DNA of 64,000 bases from an uncultured Acidobacteriaceae bacterium (GTDB lineage: Bacteria; Acidobacteriota; Terriglobia; Terriglobales; Acidobacteriaceae). A model generated the notes under the pieces. That model had not been told where the DNA came from, made no database searches, and saw only the letters and a list, made by a program, of their open reading frames with translations. Below, one piece after another: positions 28,948 to 37,796 of this stretch; the stretch's first letter is position 1; each line of letters opens with the position of its first letter. The stretch covers positions 183,897-247,896 of the forward strand of contig CAWGFZ010000001.1 of NCBI GenBank assembly GCA_963821995.1, in the 5' to 3' direction. The translations under genes and the position numbers were made by a program.

Positions 28948-30225
28948 TTATTTTCGCAGGTATTCGGTGAGTTTGGCGCGGGGGACTTGTACTTGCTCGC
29001 CGGTGGCGAAGTTCTTCACCGCGAGCTGATCCGCAGCCACTTCATTTTCGCCGACGATAACGATGTAATGCGCTGCGGCTTTTTCCGCCAGCTCGAAGGA
29101 CTTTTTCAGACGAAAACTCTCATCGCCAACATCCGCGCTCACGCCGGCCCGTCGCAACTCGCGCGCGAGCCTGAGCGCGTGAACGTTCATTCCAGCGCCG
29201 AGAGGAGCGATGAACGCCTGCAAGCTGGCCGCTGGCCGCTCGCCTTGCGATTGCAGCGCCAGCATCAGCCGGTCTTCGCCGATGGCAAATCCGATGCCCG
29301 GCGCCGTAGGCCCGTCGAGCGACTCCGACAATCCATCGTATCGGCCGCCGCCGAGCACTGCACTCTGCGCTCCCAGGCCGCCGTGGGTGAACTCGAACGT
29401 GGTACGCGTGTAGTAGTCGAGGCCGCGCACCATGCGCTCGTTAATTGAATACGGCACGCCGACGGCATCGAGCATGGTTCGCACCGCCGCGAAATGTTGC
29501 CGGCACGGCTGGTCGAGATAGGCACTGATCCTCGGCAGCTTTTCGATGATCGGCTGGTCTTCGGGAACCTTGCAGTCGAGCACCCGCAGCGGATTGGTTT
29601 CAGCGCGGCGCTGGCAATCGGCGCACATCTGATGCACCACCGGCCGCAACGCTTCGCGCAGCGCTTGGTTGTAACGCGCGCGGTCTTCGGCGCAACCGAC
29701 GGAGTTCAGTTGCAGGTTCCAGTTCTGCAAGCCAAGTTCGTCCAGCAGCGTGGCCAGCATCTCCAGCACTTCGGCATCGCGCAGCGGTGACTCGCTGCCC
29801 GCGCTTGGGGGACCAATTATCTCGGCATCAATTTGATAGAACTGACGATAGCGTCCCTTCTGCGGACGCTCGCGGCGAAACATCGGCCCGATGCAATACA
29901 GCTTCTGCAGCGTTCCTTTGTCTCCCATCCGGTTTTCAATGTAGGCGCGAACGATCCCGGCAGTGGCTTCCGGTCGCAACGTCAGCGACTGTGCCTTCTC
30001 ACTTTGCGCACGTGCCCTGTCCTCCCAGGTAAACATCTCCTTCGAGACAATGTCGGTCTCTTCACCGACGCTGCGGGAAAACAGTTGGGTGTCTTCAAAG
30101 ATGGGGGTGCGAATCTCGTGATAGTTGTAGCGCGCGAAGACATCGCGCACCTTCGCCTCCACGCGATTCCAGAGATCGGTTTCGGGCGGGAGCAGGTCAC
30201 GAGTTCCACGGACGGCTTTGATCAT
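28948..30225 (-). CDS. hisS: Histidine--tRNA ligase
   Basis: 425 aa; GTRDLLP, YHEIRTPIFE, MFRRERPQKGRYRQF.Q, GGGRYD.L and GFAIG motifs. Confidence 0.95.
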   Translation of the reverse strand: MIKAVRGTRDLLPPETDLWNRVEAKVRDVFARYNYHEIRTPIFEDTQLFSRSVGEETDIVSKEMFTWEDRARAQSEKAQSLTLRPEATAGIVRAYIENRMGDKGTLQKLYCIGPMFRRERPQKGRYRQFYQIDAEIIGPPSAGSESPLRDAEVLEMLATLLDELGLQNWNLQLNSVGCAEDRARYNQALREALRPVVHQMCADCQRRAETNPLRVLDCKVPEDQPIIEKLPRISAYLDQPCRQHFAAVRTMLDAVGVPYSINERMVRGLDYYTRTTFEFTHGGLGAQSAVLGGGRYDGLSESLDGPTAPGIGFAIGEDRLMLALQSQGERPAASLQAFIAPLGAGMNVHALRLARELRRAGVSADVGDESFRLKKSFELAEKAAAHYIVIVGENEVAADQLAVKNFATGEQVQVPRAKLTEYLRK

Positions 30226-30318
30226 AATGGTCAGTGGCTAATGGCTAGTGGTCAGTTCCTGGCCATGAGGGCATTCAAGCCTGTATCTGGCCACTGGCAA
30301 CCAGCCACTGGCCACTAC
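30226..30318. repeat. Heptamer-tandem palindromic element in the gamma-CA/hisS spacer
   Basis: Left arm GGTCAGTGGCTAATGGCTAGTGGTCAG (30229-55) and right arm CTGGCCACTGGCAACCAGCCACTGGCCACTAC (30287-318) are built from complementary CAGTGGC/GCCACTG heptamers. The right arm overlaps the upstream stop codon. Confidence 0.75.
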
Positions 30319-30833
30319 TTGCTCCGCTCCGCTAAGTACTGCTGCTTGTACCCAAGATAATTGTTCGCGTAACGCAGAATCATCTGCTGGTCTTCATCCT
30401 TCAGCTTCTTTCGGAGCTTGCCGGGCACTCCCATTACGAGCGAGCGCGGCTCGACGATCATTCCCTCGGGGACTACCGTTCCCGCCGCAACAATCGACCC
30501 CGCTCCAATCCGAGCGCCATTGAGGATAACCACTCCCATACCAATGAGGCACTGATCTTCCACGACGCACCCGTGCAAGGTGACGCAATGGCCGACGGTC
30601 ACCCAATCGCCCACGATCACCGGCCACTGGTTCAGCATGCCGTGAAGCACGCTGCAATCCTGGATATTGCTGTTGGCGCCGACACGAATCGAGTGCACAT
30701 CGCCGCGCAGCACGGCATTCATCCATACGCTGGCGTGCTCGCCCAAGGTGACATCGCCGATAAGCTGCGCCGACTCGTCAACGTAGCACGTCGCCGGCAC
30801 GGTAGGGGTGATTCCCTTGTAAGGACGAATCAT
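30315..30833 (-). CDS. Gamma-class carbonic anhydrase / left-handed beta-helix (LbH) family protein
   Basis: 172 aa from ATG 30833; hexapeptide repeats with SVWMNAVLRGDV..I.VG..SNIQD.SVLH (the PaaY/YrdA-like signature). Confidence 0.8.
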   Translation of the reverse strand: MIRPYKGITPTVPATCYVDESAQLIGDVTLGEHASVWMNAVLRGDVHSIRVGANSNIQDCSVLHGMLNQWPVIVGDWVTVGHCVTLHGCVVEDQCLIGMGVVILNGARIGAGSIVAAGTVVPEGMIVEPRSLVMGVPGKLRKKLKDEDQQMILRYANNYLGYKQQYLAERSK

Positions 30834-31092
30834 TCTTCCTCGTTGAGAGCTCGCATCAACGTGCCGCGCTTTCGGTGCAAGTTGCTGAATCGGCAGCACA
30901 CTGCAGCTTTCCCGCAGTTTGCACGAATCATCGAACTTATCACGACGGCGTGGAAGTACGGAAGGACTTCGGGGCACGTATGGGTGCCGTCCCCGTGTCC
31001 CTAAAGCGAAAAAATTTGCCTTGACCACAAATGGCGTAGTGCATCTACCACTTTGTCGGGATGGCAACCCGCCCATCTTGCGATACAACACA

Positions 31093-31575
31093 ATGAGCGC
31101 CACTTCGAATGAGCGGTTGTTACATCCAAGTCCAATGTATGAGCAAGCAATTCAGGTAGTTGAAGACGGCAGTTCGCGGTTGGGTATCGAACAGCAATTG
31201 GAAGCCACGGTGAGCTGGATGAGGGCTCTCGGTTCGAAAACGGTGCTTTGCGTCGATGACGAGAAAATCGGGCTGCGCGTCCGCAAGATTCTGTTGGAGA
31301 GCCATGGCTTCAAAGTCTTGACCGCCAACAGTGGCCATCAAGGCCTGGCCATGTTCGACGACAAAGTCGATCTCGTGGTCCTCGACTACTACATGCCCGG
31401 CCTCAACGGTGGCGAGGTGGCGGCCGAGATGCGCCGTCGCCGTCCGGAAGTGCCAATCATTTTTCTGTCCGCGTATTTCTCCCTGCCGGCCGCCGCTCTG
31501 GAGCTGGCCAACGCGTTCATTACCAAGGGCGATCCGCCCGACGTGCTAATTCAAAAGATTGAGCAGTTGATGTAA
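31093..31575 (+). CDS. Stand-alone CheY-like response regulator (receiver domain only)
   Basis: VLCVDDE..LVVLDYYMPGLNG..A...R......PIIFLSA......A..A..FI.KG. The start at ATG 31093 is uncertain. Confidence 0.65.
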   Translation: MSATSNERLLHPSPMYEQAIQVVEDGSSRLGIEQQLEATVSWMRALGSKTVLCVDDEKIGLRVRKILLESHGFKVLTANSGHQGLAMFDDKVDLVVLDYYMPGLNGGEVAAEMRRRRPEVPIIFLSAYFSLPAAALELANAFITKGDPPDVLIQKIEQLM

Positions 31576-31657
31576 AGCAGTTGTCAGCGAGGCCAGCGCC
31601 GACCCGGCTGCTTCTCCGTTCCAGCCAGACCCCACTGGTACCGTAGAATCTCAGTTC

Positions 31658-32074
31658 TCATTTCGCGCGCAGCAACAGAACCGGCACACTCACACTGTGT
31701 TGCACCTGCGTGGCCGTGGTTCCCAGGAAAATATCGGCAAGAAATCGGTGCCCATGGGTGCTCATTGCAATCAGGTCACACCCCTTCTGCTGCACCCACT
31801 TGATGATTTCCTTGGCCGGGTCGCCATACGCCAGCTCGGTCTCTGCCAGAATCCCGAGCCGCACGAACTCAGCCCGCACACTTTCCAGATACTGCGTGTC
31901 CTCCCGAATCTCCGGACTGACAGCATCCGGGCCGTAGGTCCGCGCCGCCCAGCCATCGGCGACATGCAGCAGGACGAGACGGCTGCCGGCGAGCTTCGCC
32001 AATTGCTTGATGTGCTCGATGACGGCTCGGTCCGTCGCCGTACCGTCTAAGGTCACCAGGATCTTGTCGTACAT
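31658..32074 (-). CDS. Universal stress protein (UspA family)
   Basis: 138 aa; MYDKILVTLDGT..S..A..H...LA...G..L.LLHV and a C-terminal GSTA..V......PVLL. Confidence 0.85.
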   Translation of the reverse strand: MYDKILVTLDGTATDRAVIEHIKQLAKLAGSRLVLLHVADGWAARTYGPDAVSPEIREDTQYLESVRAEFVRLGILAETELAYGDPAKEIIKWVQQKGCDLIAMSTHGHRFLADIFLGTTATQVQHSVSVPVLLLRAK

Positions 32075-32086
32075 GGCTTGCCGAGC

Positions 32087-33511
32087 CTATCTGCCAGTGA
32101 TGATCTGCCAGGAAGCGCGGATCGACTCCGGCAGTCCATAGATGTCGATGGCGGTGATCAGGATAGCACTGCCCCATCCGGCAATGAGCAGAAACCAGCC
32201 GATCTTCCAGCTTCCCATCCGCCTTCGCGAAGTCGTGAACTGCAGCAGTGGAAACATCGCAAAAGGAAGCTGCAGTGCCAGAACCACCTGACTGAGAACC
32301 AGCAGATCTGTCACGCTGCTCTCCCCGCGCAGGCCGATGATAAGCACGGCCGGCAGGATCGCCAGCGTGCGAGTGATGAGCCGGCGCACCCACGGCTGGA
32401 TTCGCCAGCGCATAAATCCTTCCATCACTACCTGACCGGCCAGCGTTCCGGTGATGGTGCTGCTCTGGCCGCTCGCCAGCAACGCAATCGCAAACAGCGT
32501 GCTTGCGGCTGCAGTTCCCAGCAGAGGCGCTAGCGTCAGATATGCGACCCGAATCCAGTCGCTGTCGGCGCTGAAGGTGATAACCTCGCCGCCCGGCACC
32601 GTCACGCTCTGCTTGCCGAAGAAGACGGTAGCTGCGAGCACTAGAATCGCCGCGTTAACGAAGAAAGCGATGGTCAGCGCCACCGTCGAGTCAATGGTGT
32701 TGAACTGGATGGCGCGCCGGACGGACGCCTCGTCCTTCTGAAATTTGCGGCTCTGCACCAGAGCGGAGTGCAGGTACAAGTTGTGCGGCATGACCGTCGC
32801 GCCGATTATGCCGATGGCGACATACAACATCCCTGCTTGATGAAAATGCGGCGCAATCAACGCTCGTCCCATCTCCAGGAAGCTGGGCTGGGTTTGCGGC
32901 AGGACGAAAATCTCGATGAAGTAGCAGACGCCGATGGTAGCCACCAGCAACAAAACCAGCGCTTCCAGGGTTCGCATTCCGAAACGCTGCAGGCCCAGCA
33001 ACAGCAGCACGTCGAGCCCGGTGATGATTACCGCCCACAGCAGTGGAATGTGGAAGAGCAGGTTTAGTGCAACCGCGCTTCCCAGCACCTCCGCCAGATC
33101 GCAGGCGGCGATCGCAACCTCGCTCATCAGCCAGTTCGGCCAGCGCGTCCATTCCGGATACCAGTCACGGCAACACTGGGCCAGGTCCTTGCCGGTCACC
33201 ACTCCCAGCCGGGCAGCGATGACTTGCATGAAGATCGCCATTACACTGGCGATTCCGACCACCCATAGCAGTCCGTACCTGAACTGCGCACCGCCTTGCA
33301 GGTCGGTGCCCCAATTGCCGGGATCCATATACCCGACGCTGACCAGAATTGCCGGACCGACGAATGCCCGCCACTGCTCCCAAAAGCCGGCTTGCTCATG
33401 CGGTACCTCGACCGTGCCGTGCAGACCCTCAAGCGACACCTGCCCGGCGGCGCTGAGCGGGGTTGCGACGCTCGGACTCGCATCGTTCGGCTGTGGCGGG
33501 GTAGGCGACAT
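32087..33511 (-). CDS. mntH: Nramp-family divalent metal (Mn2+/Fe2+):proton symporter
   Basis: 474 aa; GPAILVSVGYMDPGNWGTDL (the DPGN motif), ATVMPHNLYLHSALV, and about 11 TM helices. Confidence 0.93.
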   Translation of the reverse strand: MSPTPPQPNDASPSVATPLSAAGQVSLEGLHGTVEVPHEQAGFWEQWRAFVGPAILVSVGYMDPGNWGTDLQGGAQFRYGLLWVVGIASVMAIFMQVIAARLGVVTGKDLAQCCRDWYPEWTRWPNWLMSEVAIAACDLAEVLGSAVALNLLFHIPLLWAVIITGLDVLLLLGLQRFGMRTLEALVLLLVATIGVCYFIEIFVLPQTQPSFLEMGRALIAPHFHQAGMLYVAIGIIGATVMPHNLYLHSALVQSRKFQKDEASVRRAIQFNTIDSTVALTIAFFVNAAILVLAATVFFGKQSVTVPGGEVITFSADSDWIRVAYLTLAPLLGTAAASTLFAIALLASGQSSTITGTLAGQVVMEGFMRWRIQPWVRRLITRTLAILPAVLIIGLRGESSVTDLLVLSQVVLALQLPFAMFPLLQFTTSRRRMGSWKIGWFLLIAGWGSAILITAIDIYGLPESIRASWQIITGR

Positions 33512-33592
33512 AAAAATACGGACGACTTCTCTCAGTTTCGCTGTGTCAGGGATTTCGGATGCTCCTGAGAAAATCGCTGTCAGGCGCTTTGT

Positions 33593-33871
33593 ATCAGGGC
33601 ACGACCTCAGTCGTGCCGAAAGGAAGCCATAATGGGTTGGGCTTTAGCTCCTGCGAAGTTGTTGCAGGGCCGAAAGGCCAAACCTAAACTGCGCTCTTCG
33701 GCACGACTGAAACAGGCTGCTGAAAAAGTCGATTTCTCCGCTAAGATCGGTAGAGCGGGCCTTCAGGCCCGCGTCTAAGTCGTTTATTTTTTCAATCCCG
33801 AGCGGGCTTCAAGTCCGCGAGGGACCTGCTTTTTCGACTTTTTCATCGGCCTCTGAAAGTCGTGCCCTGAT
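33593..33871. mobile_element. MITE-like composite repeat (279 bp) with perfect 13-bp terminal inverted repeats
   Basis: ATCAGGGCACGAC at 33593-33605 and its exact reverse complement GTCGTGCCCTGAT at 33859-33871. The interior carries GGCACGACCTCAGTCGTGCC, GGTAGAGCGGGCCTTCAGGCCCGCGTCTA and TCAATCCCGAG..GAGGGACCTGC modules that recur elsewhere in the window. No transposase. Confidence 0.65.
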
Positions 33872-33937
33872 GCAAACCGCAGCGATCTGTATTCTGATAA
33901 TCGGCGCTAGCCATCTTAACAGGAATATATCAGCAGC

Positions 33938-33954
33938 AGTTAATCGGCGTTAAC
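33938..33954. promoter_or_regulatory. GTTAAT-N4-GTTAAC box (candidate MntR/DtxR-type operator upstream of mntH)
   Basis: AGTTAATCGGCGTTAAC has the same architecture as the box at 34634-34650. Only two other single GTTAAC hexamers were noticed in the window. Confidence 0.4.
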
Positions 33955-33960
33955 AAATTC

Positions 33961-34617
33961 TCAGGCAGAGGGTGCGACCCAGATCTTCTCCGCCGCCGGA
34001 CTGCCTAACTCAACTTTGCGCCGCTCAATTCTTAGTGAGGTTGTGCCGTCGTAATTGCGGGCTTCGACTTTGAAGGAGGTGCCCGGCCGGATGCCTCTTT
34101 CCTCTAAGAACTCCAGCAGCCTGCGGTCGCGTTCGTAGACGCTGTGGACGGCATAGTGTTTGCCCGGAACGGCTTCGCAGAGTAGCAGCAGCCCGCGTTT
34201 GCGTTTGCTGCGCGGCAGCTCCGGGGTTGCCCAATTGCCGTGCGGGCAGGGGCCGGTAAGGCCGAGCTTTTGCGAGAGCAGACTCTCGAAATCGCTGGAA
34301 ACGGCATGCTCCAGCCGCTCCGCCTCATCGTGCACCTTGTACCATGCCATGCCAAACACTTCGTGCAGCATCCGTTCGATGAGGTGGTGCCGCACCAGCA
34401 ATCGGGTGGCAACTTTCCGGCCGGCTGAGGTGAGCCGTACGCGCCCGTCGCCAGGGACCATCACCAGGCCATCCCGCTTCAGCCTGCGGAGGGCCATCGT
34501 CACGGCCGGAGCCGAAACTGCGAGCCACTGCGCCAGGCGCGCGGCAATCACTTGCTCGCCTTCCCCTTCAGCTTCCAGAATTGCCTTGAGATAATCTTCT
34601 TTAGAAACCGTAATCAT
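33961..34617 (-). CDS. mntR: DtxR/MntR-family metal-dependent transcriptional regulator with C-terminal FeoA/SH3-like domain
   Basis: 218 aa; EDYLKAI..L...G....A.LA..L.VS.PAVT.AL.RL..DGLV, HHLIERML, and a C-terminal ERGIRPGTSFKVEARNYDG. Confidence 0.85.
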   Translation of the reverse strand: MITVSKEDYLKAILEAEGEGEQVIAARLAQWLAVSAPAVTMALRRLKRDGLVMVPGDGRVRLTSAGRKVATRLLVRHHLIERMLHEVFGMAWYKVHDEAERLEHAVSSDFESLLSQKLGLTGPCPHGNWATPELPRSKRKRGLLLLCEAVPGKHYAVHSVYERDRRLLEFLEERGIRPGTSFKVEARNYDGTTSLRIERRKVELGSPAAEKIWVAPSA

Positions 34618-34633
34618 GGCATTCGTAATCCTC

Positions 34634-34650
34634 AGTTAACGCTCGTTAAC
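34634..34650. promoter_or_regulatory. GTTAAC-N4-GTTAAC box (candidate autoregulatory MntR operator)
   Basis: AGTTAACGCTCGTTAAC lies 17 nt upstream of the mntR ATG, just after a TGCAATAC direct repeat, in the mntR/purD divergent region. Confidence 0.4.
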
Positions 34651-34807
34651 AGCGTATTGCAAAAGTATTGCAGACGCGGTGGTGGCAGTTCTAATTTCGC
34701 CCATCTCCGTCAGCAGTGGTCCGTAGCTGTCCACACGTTTGACATAGCCTGCGTCAGACCCTACTCTTTCTCTTCTGCTGGCTCAGTTTGATAACGGAAT
34801 CTTCGCA

Positions 34808-36091
34808 ATGAAAGTACTCGTCCTCGGCAGCGGTGGTCGCGAACACGCGCTCGTTTGGAAGCTGCGGCAATCGCCGCGGGCCCCGAAAATCTACTGCGCT
34901 CCCGGCAATGGTGGCATGGCGACGGACGCGGAGTGTCTTTCCGCCGATGTGAAGGACATCGATTCGCTGCTGCAGCTGGCAAACCGTCTCAATCCCGACC
35001 TCACGATTGTCGGCCCGGAGCTGCCGCTCACGTTGGGAGTGGTGGATGAATTTCAAAAGCGCGGCTGGCCGATTTTCGGCCCTACCCGTGCCGCAGCACG
35101 CCTCGAATCCAGCAAGAGCTTCGCCAAGCAGTTCATGCAGCGGCACAACATTCCAACCGCCAAATACGCAGTGGTTGCGAGCAAGCAGGAGCTCGACGAG
35201 GCGCTGAAACTTTTTCACGCTCCGCTCGTCGTCAAAGCGGACGGTCTTGCGGCCGGTAAGGGCGTCATCATGGCCGCATCCAAAGAAGAGGCGCAGCGCG
35301 CAGCCGAGGACCTGCTTTCCGGCAAACTGGGCGAGGCCGGTGCGCATGTCGTGTTGGAGGAATGTCTCCAAGGCGAGGAGTTGTCGTTTCTCGTTATGAG
35401 CGACGGTGAACGCGTCGTTCCGCTGGTGGCCGCGCAAGATCACAAGCGAGTGTTTGACAACGACCAAGGCCCCAACACTGGCGGCATGGGCGCCTACTCG
35501 ACCGACCAGATCATCGACGAGCAGATGCGTGACTGGCTGATGACGCACATTGCGCGCCCGGTAATTGCGGGTATGCGCGCCGAGGGCGCAGAGTACAAAG
35601 GGATCCTGTACTGCGGAATTATGATGACAGCTACCGGGCCGTTTGTGCTGGAATTTAACTGCCGCTTCGGCGATCCAGAGACGCAACCCATCATCATACG
35701 CATGGAGAGCGACCTTCTTGACGCTGTCGAGGCTTCGATTGCAGGTCGCGTCAGTGCTGGCGATTTTCGCTGGTCGCCACAGCCCGCCGTGTGTGTCGTG
35801 ATGGCCTCCGGAGGATATCCGGGAGCCTTCGAAGCAGGAAAACCGATCAGCGGAATTGAGGACGCTGGCCGGATCTATGGCGTGCAGGTGTTCCATGCCG
35901 GAACGGATCGCCGCGATGGGCTCTACTACACCTCCGGCGGTCGAGTCCTAGGTGTCACTGCGCGCGGCAAAGATTTGCCCGACGCCGTCGAGCGCGCTTA
36001 TGACGCGGTGATGAAGATCCGCTTCGACGGCATGCACTATCGCAAGGACATCGCCGCCCGCGGGCTGAAGCATTTGCAAGCCGGGGGATGA
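34808..36091 (+). CDS. purD: Phosphoribosylamine--glycine ligase
   Basis: 427 aa; MKVLVLGSGGREHAL.WKL, ATP-grasp (VVKADGLAAGKGV), GPNTGGMGAY and FNCRFGDPETQ. Confidence 0.96.
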   Translation: MKVLVLGSGGREHALVWKLRQSPRAPKIYCAPGNGGMATDAECLSADVKDIDSLLQLANRLNPDLTIVGPELPLTLGVVDEFQKRGWPIFGPTRAAARLESSKSFAKQFMQRHNIPTAKYAVVASKQELDEALKLFHAPLVVKADGLAAGKGVIMAASKEEAQRAAEDLLSGKLGEAGAHVVLEECLQGEELSFLVMSDGERVVPLVAAQDHKRVFDNDQGPNTGGMGAYSTDQIIDEQMRDWLMTHIARPVIAGMRAEGAEYKGILYCGIMMTATGPFVLEFNCRFGDPETQPIIIRMESDLLDAVEASIAGRVSAGDFRWSPQPAVCVVMASGGYPGAFEAGKPISGIEDAGRIYGVQVFHAGTDRRDGLYYTSGGRVLGVTARGKDLPDAVERAYDAVMKIRFDGMHYRKDIAARGLKHLQAGG

Positions 36092-36124
36092 AGCTCCCGA
36101 TGAGGCAGCCCCAGCACCTCAAAA

Positions 36125-36760
36125 TTACTTGTTCTTGGCAACGGGATTCTCGCTGCGGGATTGAATGTACTCACCGATCACGCGCTCCAGGATGCCTTGT
36201 TCCCGCAGCACATATTCGATGGCATCGCGAACCGCGCCCTTGCCGCCTTCGTGCGGAGTCACATAATGTGACTCGCGGATCACTTCCTCGCGCGAGTTCT
36301 TCACCGCAATCGCCAATCCACAAAGCCGCATGACGGGCAGATCGATGACATCGTCGCCCACATAGCAAACCTGCTCCGGCCGCAGCCCAGTCTTGTCGAG
36401 AATTTCATAGAATGCCGACGCTTTGTCCTGCTGTCCCTGGTAAACGTGCTCGATTTTCAGGTCGCGCGCGCGCAGCGCCACCGTTTCAGAGATGCGCTTG
36501 GTGATGATGCCGGTCTGCAGCCCGCCAAGCCGTGCCAGCGAGAATCCTGTGCCATCATGCGCGTTGAAGCCCTTAGCTTCGATGACCTGGTGGCTGGCAA
36601 TGCCAAACCCGCCTGCGTCGGCCATCTGCTCGCGATGAGCGTGCGTGCCCTGACCTGCGCCGCCTCCAGGCGCGGGAAAGAAGTAAATCGTGCCGTCCGT
36701 CATCACACCGTCCACATCGAACAGCATCAGCTTGATCTTCTTCGCGCGTTCGTCGGACAT
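36125..36760 (-). CDS. kdsC: HAD-IIIA hydrolase, KdsC-like (3-deoxy-D-manno-octulosonate 8-phosphate phosphatase), with an internal insertion
   Basis: IKLMLFDVDGVMTDG (DxD motif), YVGDDVIDLPVM, AVKNS..EV...S.YVT...GG.GAVRD. About 35 extra residues (PAPGGGAGQGTHAHREQMADAGGFGIASHQ) follow motif I. Confidence 0.65.
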   Translation of the reverse strand: MSDERAKKIKLMLFDVDGVMTDGTIYFFPAPGGGAGQGTHAHREQMADAGGFGIASHQVIEAKGFNAHDGTGFSLARLGGLQTGIITKRISETVALRARDLKIEHVYQGQQDKASAFYEILDKTGLRPEQVCYVGDDVIDLPVMRLCGLAIAVKNSREEVIRESHYVTPHEGGKGAVRDAIEYVLREQGILERVIGEYIQSRSENPVAKNK

Positions 36761-36847
36761 AGCGAAAGTGTAGCAGTAGCTTGCCTGCCGCCGCCCCGTT
36801 GCGGCCGAGATTCCGGTTCGTACGCCGTTCGGCTATGCTTGGAATCT

Positions 36848-37507
36848 ATGTCGGCCGTCATCCGAAACGTGCTGCTCATTTTTGCGGCGCTGCTCCCCAT
36901 TGTGAACCCGCTGGGGATGGCGCCCATTTTCGCTGAGATGACCTTCGGCTATGGGGATGCCGTGCGGCGAACAGTTGCGATGCGTGTTGCCGTCAATGGC
37001 GTCGCCTTGTTGGTCGCATCGTTGTTCATCGGCTCGTACATCCTGCAATTCTTCGGAATCAGTCTGGCGGCCGTGCAACTGGGCGGCGGGTTGGTCGTAG
37101 TTTTCTCTGGATGGCAGATTCTGAACAAGAAAGGCGGTCACCTGAGCGACCATCAGGTCGAATCGCCTCCGACGAGCCAGGAAATTTTGTCCCAGGCTTT
37201 CTATCCTTTGACCATGCCGCTTACGGTAGGGCCCGGCTCGATTGCAGTCGCGCTCACTCTAGGCAGCAATCTTCACGAAGAAACCCACCTGCAACTCATC
37301 TTCAGCGCGTTGACGGCTGTAATCGGCATCATTCTCATCGGCGTTGCCATATTTCTGTGTTACCGGTTCTCAGAAGGCCTGCAGCGCCTGCTGGGTCCAA
37401 CCGGGACGAGCATCCTGATACGCTTGTCAGCTTTCATCTTGGTCTGCATCGGCATCCAAATCATGTTCAATGGCCTGACGGACTTCTACCGCTCTGTCGT
37501 ACGCTGA
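36848..37507 (+). CDS. MarC-family (UPF0056) integral membrane protein
   Basis: Start at ATG 36848; FAALLPIVNPLGMAPIF and six hydrophobic helices, the typical MarC signature. Confidence 0.75.
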   Translation: MSAVIRNVLLIFAALLPIVNPLGMAPIFAEMTFGYGDAVRRTVAMRVAVNGVALLVASLFIGSYILQFFGISLAAVQLGGGLVVVFSGWQILNKKGGHLSDHQVESPPTSQEILSQAFYPLTMPLTVGPGSIAVALTLGSNLHEETHLQLIFSALTAVIGIILIGVAIFLCYRFSEGLQRLLGPTGTSILIRLSAFILVCIGIQIMFNGLTDFYRSVVR

Positions 37508-37594
37508 AGGGCGCTGGCGGATAAAAGCGAATCGCGGGCCGGTTGCGTTCCCCCAATTTGCTTTGCATTCGGAACATGCTTGAGGTGAGAACGC

Positions 37595-37796
37595 ATGTCG
37601 AAACCGACCAATCTGACCTCCCCAACGCGGCTTGACCCCTTCGACACAGGCAAGAAGAGCCTGAGGGTGGTGATCGAAACGCTAAAGGGCAGCCGCAACA
37701 AGTTCAAGTACGACGAGAACCTCGCCTGTTTTCGGCTCAACAAGGTGCTTCCAGAGGGGATGAGCTTCCCTTGGGACTTTGGCTTCGTCGCCTGGC
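37595..37796 (+). pseudogene. ppa: Truncated inorganic pyrophosphatase (N-terminal ~65 codons only)
   Basis: LRVVIETLKGSRNKFKYDENLACFRLNKVLPEGMSFPWDFGFV matches the family I PPase N-terminus (..E.PKGSRNK.EYD.....F.L.RVL......P.DYGF.P). Similarity stops where the convergent ispA 3' end begins (37797), and the Asp-rich catalytic core is absent. Confidence 0.7.

Noticed and set aside
33512-33960. Mn-sensing yybP-ykoY riboswitch upstream of mntH, and a ZTP (pfl) riboswitch upstream of purD (34620-34807)
   Set aside because: I could not see the conserved cores of either riboswitch class. The mntH leader is occupied by repeat modules instead. A covariance-model scan would be needed for certainty.
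34754-35896. 380-aa minus-strand ORF opposite purD. Similar long antisense ORFs lie at 27212-28819 (opposite aspS), 41838-42842 and 42016-42675 (opposite fdnI), 43583-44854, 44972-45802 and 46058-46741 (opposite fdnG), 2221-3111 (opposite tig) and 20-670 (opposite clpX).
   Set aside because: These are shadow ORFs typical of GC-rich DNA. Their translations are Arg/Ala/Gly/His-rich with no motifs, while the opposite strand encodes unmistakable conserved proteins.
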